DNA from: Wickerhamiella versatilis
Taxonomy: Eukaryota
Assembly: GCA_030867685.1 (NCBI GenBank)
Contig: JAQOWU010000008.1
Location: 4,030,001 to 4,094,000, forward strand
Length of the DNA stretch: 64,000 nt
Reading direction: 5' to 3'
The stretch's first letter is position 1. Every line of letters starts with the position of its first letter. Positions 1 to 10,795 of this stretch are shown here, piece by piece. The notes beneath the pieces were generated by a model, which searched no databases, was not told the origin of the DNA, and worked only from the letters and a program-made list of their open reading frames with translations. The translations under genes were made by a program, and so were the position numbers.

Positions 1-2583
1 GGAACTTTGGCTTCGCCTTGGCAGAGCGTGGCAAACATCCTTGTTGAGCAAATCCGAGCTGAAAACGTTCTTAGCAAGCGTGTAAAAAGTGAAGCTGAGG
101 GTCCTATACGGGAAGCACTCAATTTCGCTCAAGCTGACAATTACCTTGAGCGTCTTGAGGAAATTGATGGCCCTAGTTTTTCGGAGCAGGCACCCTCAAT
201 AATAAACCGTATTCAAAAGCTGGATGAAAATCGGCTTAACTCTCTTAAAGACTCGCTAACTCGTTTGACGACTGTGGAGGTCGATTCAAAGCAGGCTGTA
301 ATAAAAGCAAGTGAACAAGCAATGGAAGCAATGATATCATTCGAACCAAGCGACGATGTCCAGTCGTACGTAGCCCAAATTGTTTCAGGTATCGCTCCTG
401 TTACTGCCCCGAGTAAGCAGCAACAGCGGCAGCACCACGAACAAAACCACGGGCTACACCTTCCCGGTCCTCTTGGTGGTGGCTCTCGTAAGGCTAGTCG
501 GTCTTCCACTATTAGGGATGACGGATCTAGCCACACCTCAGAGAAAAAGAAAGGTGCCAGTGGCATTCGTGCACGAGTAGGGACTTTATTCGGACGACGC
601 AAAACAAAGCACCAAAGTGTCGATATAGACAATGCTTCGTCACGGGCAAGTCGTGAATCAACTCCTTTGCCTGGTTCGGGCCAGCAGAGGCGTATTGTCA
701 CAAACCCTCCAGATTTCGGGTTGAGATCACCGTCACCACTTCGTGAGCCTCAAAGATCGCCTACGGAAGGGTTAGACCATTCAAAAGCGAAGCCTGCACC
801 ACCTCCTGCTCGTCATCCAGCCAATACTCATCCGGCTGTCTCTCATCCTACCTCGTTTGATGCCCCAGCATTGAAACCGACCCCAGCTCAGGCTAAGCCC
901 ACAGAGGACCTGCCTTCCAGTCAGGCTGTCAAATCCACCAGCGAAGGAGCCCCACCCACCTCTGTTCCCTATCAGACACCAAGCAACGCAGACCGCTCAG
1001 GACCTGCACCGCCTCAGGCTGCTCCTCAGGTTACTCCTCAGGCTGCTCCTCAGGCTGTTCCTCAGGCTGTTCCTCAGGTTGCTCCTCAGATTACTCCTCA
1101 GGCTGCTCCTCAGGCTGCTCCACAGGTTGCGCCTCAGGTTAAGTCTCAAGTACCAAAACGTACCGAATCATTCGGGACAGCCCCGTATGATACTGCACCT
1201 CAGGGCCCGAGTTCTAGGGACGCAACCAGGGGATCTATCTCGGGAGTTTCTTCTCAGGCATCCAACCAGACCGGACCTTTTAGCGGGGTACCATCCTCCC
1301 AGCCCGCGGCTACTGCTCCTCGGGTAGGCTCACCTGGCCCTCCAGCGTTCTCTCCGAGGCAAAGTGATTTGTCTCAGCCATTGGACTCTACTTATCAGCA
1401 AAAAGCCTATGATCTAGGCTCTGATCCGTTCATTAGGCCTCAAAATGAAACTTTGCCACCGATACTCGGCCGGGAAACTCAGCCGCTGTCTCCTGGAGGG
1501 AATACTCCTATAAGTCCCCTCAATAAAGCAAATAACCAACATCCTGGTGGAAACACGGGCTATTTTGATCAAGCCTCTATTCAGCAGCAAACTGAAGAAG
1601 AGGAGCGCGTGGATTCTCTAGGAGCATGGGCACCCCGATCAGGTTCTCGAGCCGCGGATGCGGGAGCAGCCTCAAATAGATCTCAACGTGTACAATCAGC
1701 ACTTTTTACGAACGTTCAACCCGCTTCAGTTGAGCCAGCAACACCTGATAAACATTCCGGGGAAGAATTTTATACTCCAGCACAACACTTTACGCCACAG
1801 TTCCAGCCAATAGAGGCGCAGATCACTGGCACGGAAGACCCAGCGGCTTCTCAAGCACCACAGCTTCCTGATGGTGATGGATTGGTTCTTTCTGGATTGG
1901 AAAAGGTATCGGCCCGTTTTGTCAGTGGGCATCTTACCTATTCTCAAGTTAATGCGACTGTCTATGGTGGTGTGAAGGGTAAAACTGCATCAGGACCAAA
2001 TTCTGCCATCCTAAGAGGTATTGGTGATGCAGATGTGATTCCGCACGCGGACGCCACAGTTCCAATCGGGCAAGGTTTATTCCAGGTGGACCTCACAAAG
2101 GTTGGCAGCGGTCCAACTCCGCTATTTAGTTATTCAACAACTCATGCTGGTGCTGTCCCAATCATATTCACCCCTGTCTGGCGTATCGAGGATAATCAGG
2201 CAAGGCTACTTTTAACTTATGGTCTTGCAGAGTCTTCTCCTCTGACTGAGCTGGAAGTTCGTGACCTGATTGTGGCAGTGTCAATTCGTGGTGGATCTGC
2301 ACGTTCTGCCCAGTCAAAACCTATGGCAACCTTTTCGAAAGAGAAGCAGCGAGTGACATGGCGTTTCCAACAGCCGGTTATTTTGCGTCGGGACCGGAAA
2401 GAGCGTCTGCTATGTCAATTCACCACCGATTCTAGAGCGCAAGATTTGCCAGTTGAGGCTAGATTCCACACAGCGCCCCTACCTGCTGCTGCCGTGGCGT
2501 GGCAAGTCGCTGATGGACGCGGAAATTGGCTGCCCGTCTCTCTCGCCGCAGCTTCAAGCACAGAGAGTTATCTATCCGAATAA
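1..2583 (+). CDS. SYP1: Muniscin/Syp1-like endocytic adaptor, 5'-truncated by the window edge
   Basis: Helical F-BAR-like tail, then a long Pro/Ser/Gln-rich linker, then a C-terminal mu-homology-like domain (PIIFTPVWRIEDNQARLLLTY...AQSKPMATFSKEKQRVTWR). The frame is open to the window start. Confidence 0.75.
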   Translation, partial: GTLASPWQSVANILVEQIRAENVLSKRVKSEAEGPIREALNFAQADNYLERLEEIDGPSFSEQAPSIINRIQKLDENRLNSLKDSLTRLTTVEVDSKQAVIKASEQAMEAMISFEPSDDVQSYVAQIVSGIAPVTAPSKQQQRQHHEQNHGLHLPGPLGGGSRKASRSSTIRDDGSSHTSEKKKGASGIRARVGTLFGRRKTKHQSVDIDNASSRASRESTPLPGSGQQRRIVTNPPDFGLRSPSPLREPQRSPTEGLDHSKAKPAPPPARHPANTHPAVSHPTSFDAPALKPTPAQAKPTEDLPSSQAVKSTSEGAPPTSVPYQTPSNADRSGPAPPQAAPQVTPQAAPQAVPQAVPQVAPQITPQAAPQAAPQVAPQVKSQVPKRTESFGTAPYDTAPQGPSSRDATRGSISGVSSQASNQTGPFSGVPSSQPAATAPRVGSPGPPAFSPRQSDLSQPLDSTYQQKAYDLGSDPFIRPQNETLPPILGRETQPLSPGGNTPISPLNKANNQHPGGNTGYFDQASIQQQTEEEERVDSLGAWAPRSGSRAADAGAASNRSQRVQSALFTNVQPASVEPATPDKHSGEEFYTPAQHFTPQFQPIEAQITGTEDPAASQAPQLPDGDGLVLSGLEKVSARFVSGHLTYSQVNATVYGGVKGKTASGPNSAILRGIGDADVIPHADATVPIGQGLFQVDLTKVGSGPTPLFSYSTTHAGAVPIIFTPVWRIEDNQARLLLTYGLAESSPLTELEVRDLIVAVSIRGGSARSAQSKPMATFSKEKQRVTWRFQQPVILRRDRKERLLCQFTTDSRAQDLPVEARFHTAPLPAAAVAWQVADGRGNWLPVSLAAASSTESYLSE
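1012..1140 (+). repeat. 12-bp coding minisatellite (CCTCAGGCTGCT-like, about 11 units) encoding PQAA/PQVT/PQAV
   Basis: Tandem repeat directly visible in DNA and protein. Confidence 0.9.
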
Positions 2584-2737
2584 ACATTCTATCTAGTTTA
2601 ATCATCTACGGTGTGCCCCAACGGGCTAACTATGTCACAATTTTTTACCTGCGAAATTTGATTCGCAGATTTAACATTAAAATAAATTAATGTGCACGTC
2701 ATTGGCTGTTGGGTAATGCAAGATAGCAGAATCTGAG

Positions 2738-3604
2738 CTAGCGGGCTGTCTCCGTACCGTTGTTATTTTCATACTCAATTTCAACGTGTGCACCCCGACG
2801 CGGTCGTTTTGTGGGCCGCTCTTTGTCGTCGCTGTCGTCATCGCTACTTTCACTGGTGAAAGCACCACCCTCTTGGCTGCGAGGGCTATTTTCCAACCAT
2901 TTCTCAAGGTCCTCCATATCCTCCATATCCTCATCATCATCCTCTACGTATTCCACTTCGTCCTCTGCTTCCGATTCTGATTCACCTTCGGACTCCTTCT
3001 GGACCTCGGTGTCTTCAACGCCTTGAAGGACCTTGGACCATACTTTCTCATCAACATTCAGTGGTTGATCACCATAAGCTCCACTCTTCAAACGATCGAG
3101 TAATTCCTTCTCTATGGCTCGCTCAATCTTAGCAGCAACTAGAGCTTTACGCTCACGGTTCCGCTCCCTCCGTCTCACCTTTGGTGCAACAGATTCGAGG
3201 TGACGTTCTTCCGTAGTCTGAGCTAACCTTCGTTCGGTCATTAGAACTTGGAAAAGACGAGTAAGACGCTGCTTATTTTTGTCTATAAGGGTTGCCGGCC
3301 AGTAGGCAAGATGTTTATCTATCTGGGCCAATGCCTTGTCATAAGAATGCGATAGTTTCACTCTTTCCCACCATTTGGAGGGCAAATGAACCCTCTCAGG
3401 CTCTTTCACGTAAAGATACATCCGTCCATCTACATTGCGGACCGTAGAGTACCTGGAATTCGCCAGTGGGCAGGTACCTCTACTACAAACACCAGTTACA
3501 TTGTATTCGTTACGACAGAAACCATCCTTTTGAGGAGTAACAATTTTGAATGAGCACTGGTTATTGATCAGGTCCCAAATAAGATCGTCAGAGGCCTGTG
3601 ACAT
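2738..3604 (-). CDS. MAK16: 60S biogenesis protein Mak16
   Basis: [57 protein letters not shown], acidic tail ending in VEIEYE. Confidence 0.96.
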   Translation of the reverse strand: MSQASDDLIWDLINNQCSFKIVTPQKDGFCRNEYNVTGVCSRGTCPLANSRYSTVRNVDGRMYLYVKEPERVHLPSKWWERVKLSHSYDKALAQIDKHLAYWPATLIDKNKQRLTRLFQVLMTERRLAQTTEERHLESVAPKVRRRERNRERKALVAAKIERAIEKELLDRLKSGAYGDQPLNVDEKVWSKVLQGVEDTEVQKESEGESESEAEDEVEYVEDDDEDMEDMEDLEKWLENSPRSQEGGAFTSESSDDDSDDKERPTKRPRRGAHVEIEYENNNGTETAR

Positions 3605-3694
3605 TTTTCTACGGTGAGAAAAAAGCTCCAGTGATTATGTAATTTTTCTTTTCAGAGGTTGATTACGGACTCGTCCCGCGAGATTAAAATTAAG

Positions 3695-6181
3695 CTATCT
3701 AAGTTCGTCTAATTCAGCTGTACTCAAAGACTGGAGGTACAGACATTTTGAAAGCAGCGAATGCTGCTGACGAATGTTATAGTTCTTGCTCCATTCTATT
3801 GATTGAATGAGTGAGCGAACTATGGATGCGGCAGTCTGATATTTGGAAAATCCTACTGTAGTTCGTTCATTATTTGCAACAAGATCCGTGAGGGACAGTC
3901 CTGCAAAAGGTATACAACCCTTGCTGAAGTCAATTGATTTCTGAGCGCGACGTAGCTTCGCAAAGTTGTTTTTAGGGCTCACCAAAGCGTCAAGCCGAGC
4001 CAGCATATCCTTATCGCTTGGGGCGACCAGCGCCCAGGCTGCGTAAGTATGTTCTCGATTAAGATCCTGTGATGTTAAGGCGAGTACAATTTGCATCAAT
4101 GTTGCATAGTTTTGAAGAGTCCTTGCGGCCTCAGCGATGTGTATGAATCTAGAGATAGATTGTGCCTTCATGGGATTAGAATGACAAAGTGTGACTTCTG
4201 ATTTTACCCATCCAACAACTAGGTCAAACCGCGCAGATACAAGGCTTACCCCAGTTACTTCAGGTTGTTGGGCTAAAATTTGAAGCCATGAGTGTTGATG
4301 GGTCGATTCCCGCGACCAGCGTAATTCTACCAGCTCTTTCCAGTCTATCTGTTCAAGAGCATCGCGTTCAATTAGAGTCATTTGCTCGCAAACTTCTTCC
4401 GCACTTAGGCTCAGTACGAAGGGCGCATGCCTTTTAGACAACGTGGAGAGCGAGGGTAGAGGAAATAATTTCCCACTGGCAGGTTTTGGAGCGATGTTGA
4501 TAGTGGCTGGTGGATCATGGACTGCGAGTTGACTCACGATATCCGTGCGAGATGCAAATGCATGTGAATAAAGACCACTTGATCCTGACATGTAGCTCAA
4601 TACACCAAATGGAGGATCTTTCCTTGGAGCTGTTTGTGTTGTTGACTGATATATCGCTGGAACTTGCTGTTCAGCGCCGTCACTAGATGTCTCATATGTG
4701 CCTTCAAGTTTCTGAAGTGCCATCAGAACTGCATCACCCTTTGAGTAGTCGTCATCTGGGATAGCAGCGAGATCTGCAGCTACTCTCGAATTAAATCCTC
4801 TGCATGGTGCCATGGCTTCATTGTCTTGTTCTGATAGCAATGAAAAGGTTCCTGCACTCATTCGCTGCTGCTCTATCATTTCGGTCTTTGATGTTGCGAT
4901 GCTGGCACTGGTACTACTCAGCGAACTCATGTTGTCCACATAGGCAATATCGTCCAAGTCCAATTGCCATTTTCCTGCCGCTGATTGTCTGAGGTTCACA
5001 GTCGACTGAACATCATCGGCATCATCGGCGTCATCGGCGTCATCGATATCCAACTCACTTTCGCTGGACGTATTTGCCAAGACAACATGATTCATATCAA
5101 GTGTATCCATTGTATTGTCTCTGGTAGGAGGAAAAGCTCCCTGAGATTGTCTTAGCGTGGATAGTGAGGTTCTCTCAGACTCAGCGAACCCCGACCGCAT
5201 GGAATGAAGTGGACTACCCGGTGGCGTTGTCATTTCCTCATCAATAGTACTGGCACCTATTGATGCTACTATCGATCTTCGCAGGCTTGCCATTTCTTCA
5301 TGATGCGCTGGTAACATGCTGTTAAGCTCTTCCACGACACGCAGTGCAAGGACATCCACCTTTCCATCTAGTAATATCTCCTCCGATGGCGTGAATCTAG
5401 GTTCCTGATCATTACGATGGTGCCGGGGCATGCGGAAGAAAAGGCTTTTCTTGGGCCGTATTCTGATAGGACTGGTTTTTATTACAGGAACTCCCACATG
5501 ACCATCAATGAGCACACCTCCTTTTACAAGACTTCCTAATGCACTTGATTCTGACGACTGTGATACGATTTCTGCATCGGTATTTGGCTGTATGGGCCCA
5601 TTATAGAACCGAAGTAGTGTAAGCCGTCTAGATTTGAGATTCGCCGGGTCGTTTCTTATTATCTTGCCGCATGAACTCTCAAAGTCTCCGCCACTGAATA
5701 CTGGAAGTGCTAAATTGACGGGCTGCTCCACGCTCCAGAAGTTTGATATTTCACAGACCCAGACCCGTTTCAGCTGCTCCATGATATGCGAGAAAACAGG
5801 TTTACTTTGGACCTCTGGGGATTCGGTGAGCGAGTTTAGAACCCATGCTGTTCTTTGGCGCAGCTCAACATTTGCCAAAAAGTCATCAGCGAAAAAATTA
5901 TTTATCCAATGCCGGATGACCACGAACGTACGAACACCCACGTCACGTCCATGCTCACCACTTACCTGACATATGGCCCATACGAGGCGGCTGAAAAGTA
6001 ATTCGAGGACCTTCCCAGCGTCCGTGAACATCCGAAATGTGAGAAAAAAGTCCGACATGGCAGTATAGTCAATAACCAGGTCACAGGTCAAATAAGCGAC
6101 TAATGATGCCAAGTCACCATTTTTACTAGGCTCCAACGAATCATATATTCCAGGTATAAGCTGAAATGGTTCGGAATTCAT
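3695..6181 (-). CDS. LTE1: Lte1-like RasGEF (REM + CDC25 domains)
   Basis: N-terminal REM (SDFFLTFRMF, VRTFVVIRHWINNFFADDF) and C-terminal CDC25 domain (QMTLIERDALEQIDWKEL, LQNYATLMQIVLAL, GCIPFAGL). Confidence 0.8.
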   Translation of the reverse strand: MNSEPFQLIPGIYDSLEPSKNGDLASLVAYLTCDLVIDYTAMSDFFLTFRMFTDAGKVLELLFSRLVWAICQVSGEHGRDVGVRTFVVIRHWINNFFADDFLANVELRQRTAWVLNSLTESPEVQSKPVFSHIMEQLKRVWVCEISNFWSVEQPVNLALPVFSGGDFESSCGKIIRNDPANLKSRRLTLLRFYNGPIQPNTDAEIVSQSSESSALGSLVKGGVLIDGHVGVPVIKTSPIRIRPKKSLFFRMPRHHRNDQEPRFTPSEEILLDGKVDVLALRVVEELNSMLPAHHEEMASLRRSIVASIGASTIDEEMTTPPGSPLHSMRSGFAESERTSLSTLRQSQGAFPPTRDNTMDTLDMNHVVLANTSSESELDIDDADDADDADDVQSTVNLRQSAAGKWQLDLDDIAYVDNMSSLSSTSASIATSKTEMIEQQRMSAGTFSLLSEQDNEAMAPCRGFNSRVAADLAAIPDDDYSKGDAVLMALQKLEGTYETSSDGAEQQVPAIYQSTTQTAPRKDPPFGVLSYMSGSSGLYSHAFASRTDIVSQLAVHDPPATINIAPKPASGKLFPLPSLSTLSKRHAPFVLSLSAEEVCEQMTLIERDALEQIDWKELVELRWSRESTHQHSWLQILAQQPEVTGVSLVSARFDLVVGWVKSEVTLCHSNPMKAQSISRFIHIAEAARTLQNYATLMQIVLALTSQDLNREHTYAAWALVAPSDKDMLARLDALVSPKNNFAKLRRAQKSIDFSKGCIPFAGLSLTDLVANNERTTVGFSKYQTAASIVRSLIQSIEWSKNYNIRQQHSLLSKCLYLQSLSTAELDELR

Positions 6182-6618
6182 CCCAGTAGGCCTCTACGCC
6201 TGATGGGACTAGTTGGGATGTGAGGATAAACAAAGTGACAAATCTCGTGCATATCGCGTTGCCTGTAATTTTGCTTCATGCAGCGGAAGCATAGGACACA
6301 TAATGGTGCCCGTTATCTTCGGGTCAGTTAAATTTTCGTTCATATATTTACATGTTTATTAGGTGGAGGCCCTTGAGCTCGCAATTTTCTCACTGTGCTA
6401 GTTTGTGTTTCACATCATGAAACAATTATATTCCGGCAAAGGGCACTGCAACCGTGATTTTTTGGGGGGATGATCGGGAATTATCCACTATTTACTAAAT
6501 ATGCCCCTTTTTGACAGATCCCTCGCTCCCTTTGCTGAAACTGCATGATTCCGTCGCCCGACGTAGAAAGACGCTTTGGTCCCGGTAGGGGAATATAGTA
6601 AGCATCAAATAAGCAACC

Positions 6619-7641
6619 ATGAATCAATCGGGGATTGGGATCTCGCCTAGTCTGGCCGAGAAGTTCCCAGCGTTTGTGGACGGTGATGCTCGTGCCGCCG
6701 TACTGCAAATTAGGGATGAGGCATGTGAGCTCCAGCTGGTTGTAGAGGGCAGTGATGATCGGGCAAGGGACTTTGAGGTTTTACAATCGAAGCTAGAGCC
6801 CACCCATGCCAGATTTATCGTCTTTCGCCTGCAAAGAAAGCCTAGGGAATTTCTTTTTATTTCCTATATGCCAAACAAAGAGGCATTGCGGGAGAAGATG
6901 AAGTACGCCTCAAGCACCAATACTATTTTGAAGGAGCTTGGTGGGTCTCAGTTGTTTCCCCAGCAGGTCATATGGACGGAGATCCAGGAGGTAAGCGAGG
7001 TGGGGTGGGCTGCCCAGCTGCGCCACGAGCAGGCTGCAGCCCCATTGACAGAGGAGGAGCAAAGCCTCAAGACAGCCACCGAGTATGAGCGTATTGGTAC
7101 CCAGACCAGGTCCGTGGCAGGCCAGTCGACGCTAGGAATAGCTGCAAAGGTCACCGACGATGTACAGGACGCGATTAAGAAGCTACATGACGCACCTAAT
7201 TCCAGTGTGGCTGTGTTCAACGTCGATCCAAATGAGCAAGTCGTATTGAGTGATCTGCAATTTGCCACAGATGCATATGAAAAACATTTCCATGAAACCG
7301 AACCACGCTACGGATTAATTCTACATGACGGAAAGCTAGTATTTATCTATGTTTGTCCTCAGAAAGCCAAGTTCAAGGACCGAATGGTATTCGCCTCCAC
7401 ACGTATATCGTTCCTAGAATGGCTGAAAAACAAAGTGCCTATTGCCGGAGTCGTAAGTTGATTTATTTTACCCCACAAGTTTTTACATCATCAGTACTAA
7501 CCCTAATAGATAGAGGCTCTGACACCGATGGAAGTTACACATGAGTCCGTTAAGAGTGAGACACAGGAGCAAAAGGATGAGCCTGAAAAACTTACCTCAC
7601 GTAGAGCCTTTAGGAAGCCCCGGCCTCCCGGTAGACGCTAA
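6619..7641 (+). CDS. TWF1: Twinfilin, two exons: 6619-7452 and 7510-7641
   Basis: Two ADF-H domains (NQSGI, REKMKYASS, KFKDRMVFAST). Removing 7453-7509 restores the typical tail ...AFRKPRPPGRR*. Confidence 0.9.
7453..7509 (+). other. 57-nt spliceosomal intron in TWF1
   Basis: 5' GTAAGT at 7453, branch point TACTAAC at 7495-7501, 3' TAG at 7507-7509. Phase 0, with an in-frame stop inside. Confidence 0.9.
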
Positions 7642-7807
7642 GATATATATCATTTTAGAGACAGGACGGGCCGAAAATCGGGCAACGATGATGACACATC
7701 CGTACATCCTGCTTAGAGAACAACGGAACCGGACGTCATGATCATCATATATAACGTAAACCAGACGGTCTTGAGTTAAATCCTGTTTGCTGACAGACCC
7801 CTAGAAG

Positions 7808-8866
7808 ATGAGCGGCAAGAAGAAGAGTGGTAACCCCATCATAGATCTTACGGCAGGCGGTGTTGCAGGCTGCTGCGAGGCGCTATCATGTCACCCGCTG
7901 GATACCATCAAGGTGCAACTTCAGATTCAGGGGAAGACGATAGCCGCCGCGAATCAGGCGGCCAAGCAGGCAGCCGAGGCAGCTGTGGCCGGTGCTAGCG
8001 GGCCTGATGCGGCTCAGTTGAAGGCCACTGCCGAGGCCAAGGCTGGCAAGGTTCAGAGCTTGATGGACAACCGGAGAGGCTTTGCTGGCACAGGCAAGCA
8101 GATCTATGGCAAATATGGCATCCGCGGGTTGTATCGTGGGCTTGGTGCTGTGATCACCGGTATAACCCCGAAGATGTCTATTAGGTTCTGGTCGTTCGAA
8201 GAGCTCAAGCGACTCTGGACTGGGGCCACTGGTGGGCTCAGTACGCTCGGTATCTTCTTGAGTGGTATAGGTGCGGGTACAATTGAGGCTGTTGCTGTAG
8301 TTAACCCCATGGAAGTGGTGAAAATCAGGCTGCAGACACAGTCACACTCGATGACCGACCCTACCCAGGGCCCCAAGTACAAGAATGCGTTTCATTGCTT
8401 CTTCACCGTGATTCGCGAGGAAGGACCTGGTGCGATTTATCGCGGAGTCGCTCTCACGGCTGCCCGCCAGGCCACGAATCAGGGAACGAATTTCACAATC
8501 TATACTTTGCTTAAGCAACAATTAACAGCGATGCAGCCGGAACACAACGGAATGCTCCCAGGATGGCAGACCTCTCTGATTGGTCTCACATCGGGAGCAT
8601 TGGGGCCCTTTTCAAATGCCCCACTTGACGTTATCAAGACCCGTATGCAGCGGGAGCGTCGTATTCCAGGTGAGAGCGGGTTCAAGCAAGGGTCTCGCTT
8701 GCTGAAAGAGCTGGTCACTCATGAGGGACCTCGAGCCTTGTGGCGTGGTATAACGCCGCGTGTAATGCGTGTGGCACCAGGACAAGCTGTTACTTTCACA
8801 GTTTACGAACGTGTACGTACTGCAATGGAGGCATTGCCGATTTTCCAGAAACCTCTGAGTGCTTAG
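7808..8866 (+). CDS. SFC1: Mitochondrial succinate-fumarate carrier
   Basis: Three PxD/ExxKxxxQ carrier motifs, plus PKMSIRF, ARQATNQG and RVAPGQAVTF typical of Sfc1. Confidence 0.9.
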   Translation: MSGKKKSGNPIIDLTAGGVAGCCEALSCHPLDTIKVQLQIQGKTIAAANQAAKQAAEAAVAGASGPDAAQLKATAEAKAGKVQSLMDNRRGFAGTGKQIYGKYGIRGLYRGLGAVITGITPKMSIRFWSFEELKRLWTGATGGLSTLGIFLSGIGAGTIEAVAVVNPMEVVKIRLQTQSHSMTDPTQGPKYKNAFHCFFTVIREEGPGAIYRGVALTAARQATNQGTNFTIYTLLKQQLTAMQPEHNGMLPGWQTSLIGLTSGALGPFSNAPLDVIKTRMQRERRIPGESGFKQGSRLLKELVTHEGPRALWRGITPRVMRVAPGQAVTFTVYERVRTAMEALPIFQKPLSA

Positions 8867-9051
8867 ACGTTTTAAAAAAGTACAATACTCTGTATAGGAC
8901 TATAGAAACCTTTGTATCCGAAGCGAAAAAGAGCAGCAATGCTTAATTCTAGATTTGTTATTGCCCCTGCCGTTGCCATTAAGCTGGCATCTCTCGCAGG
9001 AGCTGATTACATACACAATTAATAACCAGCCAGGTTCGGATAGAGGCGAGG

Positions 9052-10563
9052 ATGCCACAGGCCTCGCAAGACGAACAATCCCATTCCAATAATGAGCAGG
9101 CACCGCCATTATCTTCAGGAACTGGCAGCGCTGGTGATGAGGTGGAAGAACAGCATCCTGTCCAGTCATCCAGTGGACGGTCGAGTGTCCGAGGTGGACG
9201 GACGGCGGTCCCGCAAGGCAATGATCAAGTGACTGTCGAGACAGAGACCGTACCAGCTGTGCCGACTCTCGCAGTGGGTGCTGGAAGCAGTGCTGGAAAT
9301 AGTCTGCGGATAAAACGTAGTCAGGATAGCGTGCCCCGTGTGCAACGACCTCAGAAGAAACGTAGTGCACGGTTGGGAAGCTCCAAGGCAGACTATTTCG
9401 CTGCACGAGTTGCTAATGCTATGGACGAGGCTCATTCAAGTGATAGCGATGAGACTTTTGTGTATGACACAAACCCGAACGATAGCACGAATTCCCGCCG
9501 ACCTTTTCTCCGCCAGCACAGCACTCAATCCTTGCTCCAAGTTTCTCCAAGAAATAAAAATCCAATTTTACGTCCCGAGAATTCTCGTGGGGACATTTCC
9601 CCTATAGAGTCGCAGCACGAGCTGTCAGATGGTAACACACAACCACGGCCGACTCGAAATTTTGTCGTGAGCAGAAATTCACTTCCAAACAGACAGTCTC
9701 TACGCCCGACTTACTCCGGGCGTACCGACTCAATGCGGGCAAAAAATTCCTATCTTCAGCGTTGGCGTAGTGCGCCTGGCTCGATAGACGATGAGGAGGA
9801 TGAGGAATTGGATTATGCACCATCACCGAAGGCAGGCGAGCGTACTCCACTTCGGATTCAAAGACATGGTGAGAGTGGCTACATGGGTGGCTACGGACGA
9901 AGGGGCCTGTTCGACGAGGAGAACTCACCTCACGACTTCAGAAAGTCTCCAGCCCAGAAACCATCTCTTTATGTACAGTGTGCCATATGGGCTGCGTCCG
10001 TTTTCATATGCTTTCTTTTGTTGACGCTTGTCGTGGGTGTTTTCATGGCCGTAAGCCAGCCGCTGGCGAGCTTGGATGCCGTGAGTATCACGGAGGTTCT
10101 TCCTAGTGACAAAGAGCTTGTATGCTCTATAATTCTTCGTGGGCAGAACCCAGGCCTTCTTAATGTAGAAATATCCGATTCGGAGCTTGACGTTTTCGCG
10201 ACCACCGAGTATGCAGATCCATCATTTGTAACGCTAGACGAAGGATTGCGAACAATCTTACTTGGTAGTGTCTATCGGCTAGAATCGCCTGTAATATTCC
10301 CAGGCAGGCTGTTCCGTTCTAGTCGGGATCAATATGGCCAGTGGGCATCCGCCCCGATTAAGCTACTGGCCAATCGGGACAATAATGCAACACATACCCA
10401 ATGGACCAATATTGTGAACCATCCTTTCGAGCTAACGATTAAGGGTGTGCTTAAATATCGTTTGAAATTTGGATCTAACGTGCGCGCGGCTCTCTCAGCC
10501 ACCACGCCGGTTAACCAGAAAAGTGTCTCGCTGGTCGAGAATGAGAAACAGGAGTCCTCGTAA
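9052..10563 (+). CDS. VAC7: Vacuolar segregation protein Vac7-like
   Basis: VETETV and FAARVANAMDEAHSSDSDETFVY motifs, one TM helix, luminal domain (TILLGSV...F). Confidence 0.85.
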   Translation: MPQASQDEQSHSNNEQAPPLSSGTGSAGDEVEEQHPVQSSSGRSSVRGGRTAVPQGNDQVTVETETVPAVPTLAVGAGSSAGNSLRIKRSQDSVPRVQRPQKKRSARLGSSKADYFAARVANAMDEAHSSDSDETFVYDTNPNDSTNSRRPFLRQHSTQSLLQVSPRNKNPILRPENSRGDISPIESQHELSDGNTQPRPTRNFVVSRNSLPNRQSLRPTYSGRTDSMRAKNSYLQRWRSAPGSIDDEEDEELDYAPSPKAGERTPLRIQRHGESGYMGGYGRRGLFDEENSPHDFRKSPAQKPSLYVQCAIWAASVFICFLLLTLVVGVFMAVSQPLASLDAVSITEVLPSDKELVCSIILRGQNPGLLNVEISDSELDVFATTEYADPSFVTLDEGLRTILLGSVYRLESPVIFPGRLFRSSRDQYGQWASAPIKLLANRDNNATHTQWTNIVNHPFELTIKGVLKYRLKFGSNVRAALSATTPVNQKSVSLVENEKQESS

Positions 10564-10795
10564 TATTTTAATAGCTTCGTGTCTAGGAGAAAAACATATG
10601 CAAGTAACTTAAATTGCTTTTGTTTTTGTCCCATTATTTTAAATAGGGTAATAAACGAGGGTGGAGTTACCGAACTAAGAAATTTCTTATTCCATGGTCA
10701 TATGGTAACTTTCCCAGTATTACCCCAGTATTGCATATCTCAATCAATAACAACAACAAGAACAAAAAAGTGTACCGCGCTACTGCTTTTTCATA

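Noticed and set aside
1012-1140. Possible CRISPR-like or mobile repeat
   Set aside because: It has no spacers and is an in-frame coding minisatellite in a eukaryotic gene.
7353-7741. Two small ORFs after TWF1
   Set aside because: They overlap the intron and exon 2 of TWF1 in other frames.
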